A DNA stretch of 64,000 bases from assembly GCA_010093745.1 (NCBI GenBank), contig MU005960.1, positions 186,636 through 250,635 of the forward strand, written 5' to 3'. The translations under genes were made by a program, and so were the position numbers. The notes beneath the pieces were generated by a model that worked only from the letters and a program-made list of their open reading frames with translations, was not told the origin of the DNA and made no database searches. This DNA comes from Piedraia hortae CBS 480.64 (taxonomy: Eukaryota). Below, piece after piece: positions 57,305 through 64,000 of the stretch (positions are counted from its first letter, which is position 1; every line of letters begins with the position of its first letter).

Positions 57305-60300
57305 ATGGATTTCGCATACACACAGTCACCAGAAAAGGTGCTGCAACACTTCAACGTCTCCGAACAAGCCGGTTTATCAGATGCTGCGGCTACGCAAGCA
57401 AGAGCAAAGTATGGGCCCAATGCGATTCCGGAGGAGCCGCCCACACCGTTGTGGGAGCTGGTCCTGGAGCAATTCAAGGATCAGCTGGTAATAATTCTGC
57501 TGGCCTCGGCCGCGATTTCCTTTGTTCTCGCCCTTTTCGAGCAGGACGAGGGATGGACGGCCTTTGTAGATCCGGTCGTCATCATGACGATCCTTGTTTT
57601 GAATGCCATCGTCGGGGTCAGCCAGGAGTCATCAGCAGAGAAGGCAATCGCGGCACTACAGGAATACTCTGCGAGCAAAGCAAAGGTTGTGCGGGAAGGC
57701 CAGCTTATTGAGATCAAGGCCGAGGACTTGGTGCCGGGGGATGTCGTCCATGTGGCCGTGGGAGATCGCATTCCAGCAGACTGTCGATTGCTCAGCATCC
57801 ACAGCAACAGCTTTCGGGTAGACCAGTCTATTCTCACAGGCGAGAGCGAGAGCGTGGGCAAAGATGTCGATGCTATATCAGATGCCCAGGCAGTGAAGCA
57901 GGACCAAAAGAACATGCTCTTCTCCGGAACAACAGTCGTAACTGGAAGTGCTCACGCCGTTGTTGTCCTCACTGGTCCAAGTACTGCCATTGGCGACATC
58001 CACGAGAGCATCACGACCCAGATCTCGCAGCCCACGCCGCTAAAAGAGAAATTAAACAACTTTGGCGACATGCTTGCAAAGGTTATAAGCGCCATATGTG
58101 TCCTGGTCTGGCTCATCAATATCGGTCACTTCAACGATCCTTCCCATGGCAATTCATGGGTTAAGGGGGCCATTTATTACCTCAAAATTGCCGTGTCTCT
58201 GGGCGTAGCTGCGATTCCAGAGGGTCTTGCAGTTGTCATTACCACCTGTCTGGCTCTGGGCACCCGTAAGATGGCAGCAAAGAATGCAATTGTGCGCTCA
58301 CTGCCATCGGTTGAGACACTGGGAAGCTGCAGCGTCATTTGTTCCGATAAAACCGGCACGTTGACCACCAACCGAATGAGCGTTAACAAAATTGTTCATC
58401 TTAACGCCAGCGGTGATGGCTTGGACGAGCTGGACGTCCAAGGGACTAATTTTGCCCCAACTGGCGCCGTAACAAAGCACGGAAAAGTCATTGAGAACCC
58501 TGCAGCATCTTCCAAGATAATTGCACAGATGACCGAGGTGGCCGCCTTGTGCAACCAGTCAACGCTCTCATACGACAGTGCTCACCAAACTTTCCAAATA
58601 GTTGGTGAGCCAACAGAAGGTGCTCTCAGGGTTCTTGTAGAGAAGATCGGAACCTCTGATGCGGCTTACAATGCCAAAGGCCAGACGCTCGATCCAAATT
58701 CCCGTCTGCACTACATGAGTCGTCGCCATGAAAGCGTAGCTCCCGTTATCTCAACGTATGAGTTTTCCCGAGATCGCAAGAGTATGTCTGTCCTGGTGGG
58801 AAGCCAGTCTTCCCAGCGACTTTTGGTCAAGGGAGCTCCCGAATCCATCCTCGCACGCTGTACTCATTGCCTTCTTGGAGATGATGGTCGCCGTCATTTG
58901 CTCTCGAATAAGCTGACAGGGCTGCTGCAAGATGAAGTGGCTCACTACGGATCTCGAGGACTTCGTGTCATGGCCCTGGCGAGCGTGGACAATGTCAAGT
59001 CTGGTCTAGCCAGTAAAGCCAAAACGACTGCTCAGTATGAACAATTGGAGCAAGGCATGACATTCCTCGGCCTCGTTGCGATGCTGGACCCTCCTCGTCC
59101 TGAGGTGGCTCAGAGCATTCAAAAATGCCGTGAAGCCGGTATTCGCGTTGTCGTTATCACAGGTGACAATCCCACCACGGCCGAGACCATTTGTCGTGAA
59201 ATTGGAATCTTTGGCCCCAACGAGGACCTAACCGGCAAGAGCTTGACTGGCCGAGAGTTTGACAATCTCAGTGATGGCGAAAAGCTCGAAGCTGCCAAGA
59301 AATGTTCCCTGTTCTCACGCACAGAGCCCACCCACAAGGCCCAACTGGTGGACCTTTTGCAGTCCATGGGAGAGGTGGTGGCCATGACTGGCGACGGAGT
59401 AAATGATGCGCCTGCACTCAAGAGCAGTGATATCGGAGTAGCAATGGGCACAGGCACGGATGTGGCTAAGCTGGCTGCTGATATGGTACTTGCTGACGAT
59501 AATTTTGCTACCATCGAGTCTGCAGTGGAAGAGGGACGATGCATCTACAACAATACCCAGCAGTTCATCCGCTACCTGATTTCATCAAACATTGGCGAGG
59601 TAGTGTCCATCTTTCTGACAGCTGCGCTTGGTATGCCTGAGGCTCTGATCCCAGTCCAGCTGCTCTGGGTTAATCTCGTTACCGATGGCTTGCCCGCAAC
59701 GGCTCTCAGCTTCAACCCTCCGGATCATGACGTGATGAAGAGGCCGCCTCGTAAGAGAGACGAGCCTCTTGTTGGTGGCTGGCTATTCTTCCGTTACATG
59801 GTCATTGGCACCTACGTCGGTCTGGCAACCGTGGGCGGTTATGCCTGGTACTTTCTGCAATTCGAGCGCGGACCGCAAATCACATTTTGGCAATTGGTGA
59901 GTCGTTCCTTTCTATTCTGGCCAACACGAGACTGACATATTTTGCACAGACCCACTTCCATCATTGCACATCCTTCCTCCCATCCATCAGCTGCTCCATG
60001 TTTTCCGACTACAACGCCAAGACGGCATCGACCATCTCACTGAGCATTCTTGTCGTCATCGAGATGCTCAATGCCATGAACGCACTGTCGTCATCCGAGT
60101 CTTTGTTGACACTTCCACTGTGGAAGAACATGAAGCTCATCTACGCCATTGCGTTGTCCATGGTCCTGCACTTTATCCTGCTTTATACTCCGCTGCTACA
60201 GGTCGTCTTTGGCATCGTACCTCTCGGCTGGCCAGAGTGGAAAATCGTCCTTGCGTGGTCCGCCCCCATCATTCCAATCGACGAGCTACTCAAATGGATT

Positions 60301-60360
60301 GAGAGGGTCTACTTCATGCCCTCCCCCCTCACTCAAAACAGTAGAGAAAAACTGGAATAA
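57305..60360 (+). CDS. SERCA-type (P2A) Ca2+-ATPase; exons 57305-59896, 59950-60360
   Basis: [61 protein letters not shown]. 53-nt intron. Confidence 0.96.
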
Positions 60361-60435
60361 ACATTAGACACAATACCATAGAACGAACCATTCGTTGGTC
60401 CATCATCCTAAACCCCCCTGCACTTTAATATCCCC

Positions 60436-61101
60436 TCACCCCCTCCCCGTCATTTTATTACTCCCCTCATGAACCTCAAACAACCTCCTCACATTAACCT
60501 GTCCATTAGTCCACCTCTCCAACTCCGCATCCAACTTGGCCAACTCCTCCCTCCTAGCCTTATTCAACTTAACCAATCCCTCCTTCTTCTTTACGAGGGC
60601 AATCCTCTCTTCCTCCAAGGTCTGCCTCTTACTCAACTCATCCTCAATTCTCCTAGTCATGACCTCATGTTCCCCCGCCCCTTTGCACTCCGGAAACTCC
60701 TCAAAAAACTCCTTCTCACTTACTAGCGGCAGCGTCATGTATCTATGCTCGAACCCCTCACACGACGCAATCTCGCTCGCGAGATGTCTCTGCTCGTAGA
60801 CTAGATTCTGCAGCTGTAAATGTAGACCGTCGATTTCGCGACGGGAGGATGCGGTCTCCGCCCGCGTGGTGCGGATTGAGAGGAGCGCGGTGCGTTGCTG
60901 GCCGCGAAGTTGAGCGAGTTGCGCGATTAGGGTTTTGTGGAGTGTAGAGAGGGTGTCGGTTGTGGTAGTGTCTTGGGGGGTGGAGGGGGTGGGGGGTGGG
61001 GGGTGTGTTAGGTCGAGGATTGCGTTTGCGGTGCTGTGGGCGTCCGCAGCGGTGGTGAGGACGTTGAGGAGCTCGGGGGAGGTTATGCGCGGGTCGGGCA
61101 T
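60436..61101 (-). CDS. THO complex subunit 5-like (FmiP/Thoc5 N-terminal domain) short protein
   Basis: RREIDGLHLQLQNLVYEQRHLASEIASC, LPLVSEKEF, HEVMTRRIEDEL. Confidence 0.85.
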   Translation of the reverse strand: MPDPRITSPELLNVLTTAADAHSTANAILDLTHPPPPTPSTPQDTTTTDTLSTLHKTLIAQLAQLRGQQRTALLSIRTTRAETASSRREIDGLHLQLQNLVYEQRHLASEIASCEGFEHRYMTLPLVSEKEFFEEFPECKGAGEHEVMTRRIEDELSKRQTLEEERIALVKKKEGLVKLNKARREELAKLDAELERWTNGQVNVRRLFEVHEGSNKMTGRG

Positions 61102-61219
61102 TGTGTTTAGGTTGATATTGGGATTGGGAGTGAGAGAGGAAGTGATGGTGCTGATTTAGGTATTTTACGGAATTTTACATATATATAGGACTAGGGTAGT
61201 ACTAATAATTGGACAGATA

Positions 61220-62414
61220 TCAATTAGCTTGGTCCAGCTTGACGCCCATATCACCAATGATAATTTCATCGCTGTGTTTGGTTCGCACCCATTCCGTTTC
61301 TACACGGAAGAATACCCACAGAAATCGTCTGAGTACTTCCATTACTTCGAGGAGGAATATTCCCCCTTCAAAGTCGTAGTAGTGTTCAAGATGAGGGGAC
61401 AGTTTGAACGCCCATGCAAAGCGCAGCAGCAAGTCTAGACAGATCATGGCGTAGTATCGCCGCGGATCGTTGAAGCAGCGGACGCGACGAAGGCCGTAGG
61501 GATAGTCGATGCTCTGTCGTTTATGGGAGAATAGTGTCAGATCCCAGTCCCGTGCTACGTCCCAGTAGAAGCTATAGAGAGCGTTTGTCGTCGCGGCAAG
61601 AATCCAGAGCATGTGTAGCATTTCGTGGCCGAGGAGCGGGTCCTTTGCTCGCATAAAGGTACTGAGGGCGATTGCTGGAAACGCCGTCGCGTACTTGAGT
61701 GCGTTGGCCGTCTGTCCGTCTGTCATGCATTGCCGAAAGCGGATCATAAACGGAACCGCGAGCAGAATGGGCACCATGACCGAGGACGATCGGTCTATCT
61801 TCCCCGTCGTTGGTCGCTTGAGGAGCATCATGGAAAATACGATATAAAGCTCTGATAGTGGCCGCGCGTACGATGTTAGTGCATCAGCAAGAAGAATGTC
61901 GCCAAACTTCCCGTCCTCGGTCTTTGCAATGCCGCCGATGCTGATTCTTTTGAAGGTTGAGAGCAGTCTGGACCGGCCGCTGTCTGGCCATAACCGCGCC
62001 GGCCAGAGCCATCTTTGGGGTACAAAAAAGATCAAGACCAAGAGTGCAATAAGGGTGAGGTTCGCAAGCGCCTCGTAAGCTTCCACTAGCTGTGCATTTC
62101 CCCCGTGAGTGAATAACCAGAAAAGTAGCAAGGACGCAGTCAACGGGGCAGTGAGCACAGTTGCAAACCGAAACACTGCTACATGCTCTGCCGAGCTGGA
62201 GTGATACCGTATTGTCTGTAGTGCGTTCTGTGGAGGTTAGTCCGGCGACTACAGCCTTTGGTGGATTACGCACAATTTGCACTCTGTTCAGTCCGTATAG
62301 ATTTAAACCCCAAAGCCATATTCCAAACACCCAAATTGCTGCTAAACGGTACGGTAGCGGCAATACCAGTCCAAAAGCATCAACTTCCTCCACGCGACCG
62401 TCGATATCTGCCAT
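61220..62414 (-). CDS. ERD1: EXS-domain protein; exons 62414-62274, 62227-61220
   Basis: LPLPYRLA, FGDILLADALTSYA, RFRQC, NALKY, YSFYWDVARDWDL, EVLRRFLWVFFRVETE. No SPX domain. Confidence 0.9.
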
Positions 62415-62668
62415 CCCTACATGGTTTTTCCCCAATAATTTCCGAAAAAGTGAGAGGCTAACGTCCGATTAAGGGTCGGTCCGGCCCGCTGTCAGCGCTA
62501 CGTGACATCATGCTGAGTAATCATGCGCCATCTAATGAACATCTGGTCGCGGGAAGCTGTTGTTGGGGTTGTTCCAGACGGCTACCAGCAATCAATCCCT
62601 TTTTCTTTGGCTGTAATGATAAACCAAACAAAGAAGTTCTCTACTCTACCCCGATTCCGTTACCCATC

Positions 62669-64000
62669 ATGACTTCCAGTGAAGAACGTGAGATGCAACT
62701 CTTGCAGAAGTTGGAGTTCAATATAGCATCTGCAAGATCTGACGAGAAATTTCAATCTATTCTCGACACCTATCTGGCGCCATTACTTCTCAAAGCTGCC
62801 TCAGAAAGCCCCAATGTGCGGAAGAAAGTAGTGACTATGTGTCAGCACATCAGTACTCGCATCAAGCCCCAAACCATCCAACTCCCAGTAGCAAAGCTCA
62901 TGACCCAGTTCAACGAGAAAGAAAACTCTATGATCCGGAATCTTGACCTCATGTACATTCAACAGGGCGTTGGCAGGTTATCTGACCAGAAAAAGGCAGA
63001 GCTCATGCCGGTGGTTATATCAAGCATCACCAAAGCTGGCAGTCATGCATCGCAGGTATTTAACCTGATGCTTAGACTGCTGGAGTCTTACAAAGTGCCC
63101 CCAAGGGCAAGCAAAGAGGACGCCGAACTGCGAGCGGCTTGTGGACTCTCTGATGAGGATGCCAAACATCTGGCTGATTTGTTGGGCAAGTTTATACTAT
63201 TCACTCCTCAGAAAGCACCAGGCTTACAATGCTGTCCCGGACTCACGACAGAGGAATATTCTTTCATGATGTTAGAGGGAAAAGAGGGTGTTTGGGATCC
63301 TGCAACTGGTGGACTGAATCTACTTCGAACCAAAGTTCTCGCCGCGAAGATTTTGGCAAGTGGGCTGTTCAACGATAAAGAGAGGTTTCTTCCTGCGCTG
63401 TTTGCAAAAGCTGATGCTGCTTCACAAATAAGTGATGTTGGGGAAGATATGTTGAAAAGAGCTCTCCCGGCTGCTGACCTGGAAGATGAGGCTCTCATTG
63501 AGCAGCTGTTTGAAATCTATCTGGGCCGTGATGGCGTACCTAAAATACGCACTGCTCTACAGATCAAGATCCTGGAGCTGCTGGCCAAATCAACAAAGGG
63601 CACGTCGTTCACAGAAAACGTCACGAAGCTGATAGATAGCCGCATCTCCATTCAACCCAGCAACCCAGAGAGAGTAGGGCCGCGGTTAATATACCATGAT
63701 AGAGAAGGCTCAAAACTCCAAACGGTCTTTTTCCAGTATCTCCAGTTTGTTGCCCGCGTCGCACCCGCAGATACTCTTCATACCATCTCGCCGCGACTCA
63801 TCCAAAATCTGCACAAGTCCATTTTGGCCCAGGGGTGGCCGAAACCGCATCCGGGCGAGGACTTGGCTCACCGAGGATATTGCTATGAACTTATTGGGCT
63901 CATAATTGGCGCTGCTCCCCGTGAGGTCCTGATAGGAGGGAATTTTGGCGTATTAAAATGGCTGCTTCATTCGCTTGCCCGCGAGGAATCCAGTAGCGCA
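62669..64000 (+). CDS. ECM29: Proteasome adaptor Ecm29 (HEAT repeats), partial
   Basis: MTSSEEREMQLLQKLEFNIA...YLAPLLLKAAS...QHISTRIKPQTIQLPV. The frame appears open to the window end, so it is absent from the ORF track. Confidence 0.9.
   Translation, partial: MTSSEEREMQLLQKLEFNIASARSDEKFQSILDTYLAPLLLKAASESPNVRKKVVTMCQHISTRIKPQTIQLPVAKLMTQFNEKENSMIRNLDLMYIQQGVGRLSDQKKAELMPVVISSITKAGSHASQVFNLMLRLLESYKVPPRASKEDAELRAACGLSDEDAKHLADLLGKFILFTPQKAPGLQCCPGLTTEEYSFMMLEGKEGVWDPATGGLNLLRTKVLAAKILASGLFNDKERFLPALFAKADAASQISDVGEDMLKRALPAADLEDEALIEQLFEIYLGRDGVPKIRTALQIKILELLAKSTKGTSFTENVTKLIDSRISIQPSNPERVGPRLIYHDREGSKLQTVFFQYLQFVARVAPADTLHTISPRLIQNLHKSILAQGWPKPHPGEDLAHRGYCYELIGLIIGAAPREVLIGGNFGVLKWLLHSLAREESSSA

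Noticed and set aside
1..64000. tRNA, rRNA, CRISPR, telomeric repeats, transposase/RT/tyrosine-recombinase ORFs
   Set aside because: None recognised by eye; tRNAscan-SE and Infernal would be needed to exclude small RNAs.

Overview
Eukaryotic DNA from a filamentous ascomycete. The proteins look Dothideomycete/Capnodiales-like (inference), and the genome is very compact: 43-57 nt introns, many intronless genes and tiny intergenic gaps. About 24 apparently intact genes are present: serine dehydratase, ERG12, ERV2, BCAT, HIS1, RPS28, a DUF3468-type regulator, zf-LYAR, a DH-BAR RhoGEF, QNS1, a GPI protein, PUP3, MRPL25, a Dia2/Pof3-like F-box protein, a C2H2 TF, SHR3, LSM5, DIM1, a SERCA pump, a THOC5-like protein, ERD1, ECM29 (runs off the right end), a standalone TPR protein and a coiled-coil orphan. 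An accessory 'graveyard' at about 18.6-31.6 kb holds four TGTTGG-started LTR-like repeats, two decayed paralogs of the TPR gene and a decayed CHD1-derived gene lacking the ATPase. An 865-N assembly gap follows. The most notable signals are: (1) a 104-bp near-identical core with a perfect 18-bp palindrome shared by two otherwise diverged inverted repeats that bracket about 7.5 kb of TPR cargo; (2) recurrent sharp C-rich to G-rich skew switches, candidate replication origins; (3) 3' splice-site choice apparently set by branch-point distance, including a TAG-AAG-CAG acceptor where only AAG avoids an in-frame UGA. All family calls are from recalled motifs; no database search was run.
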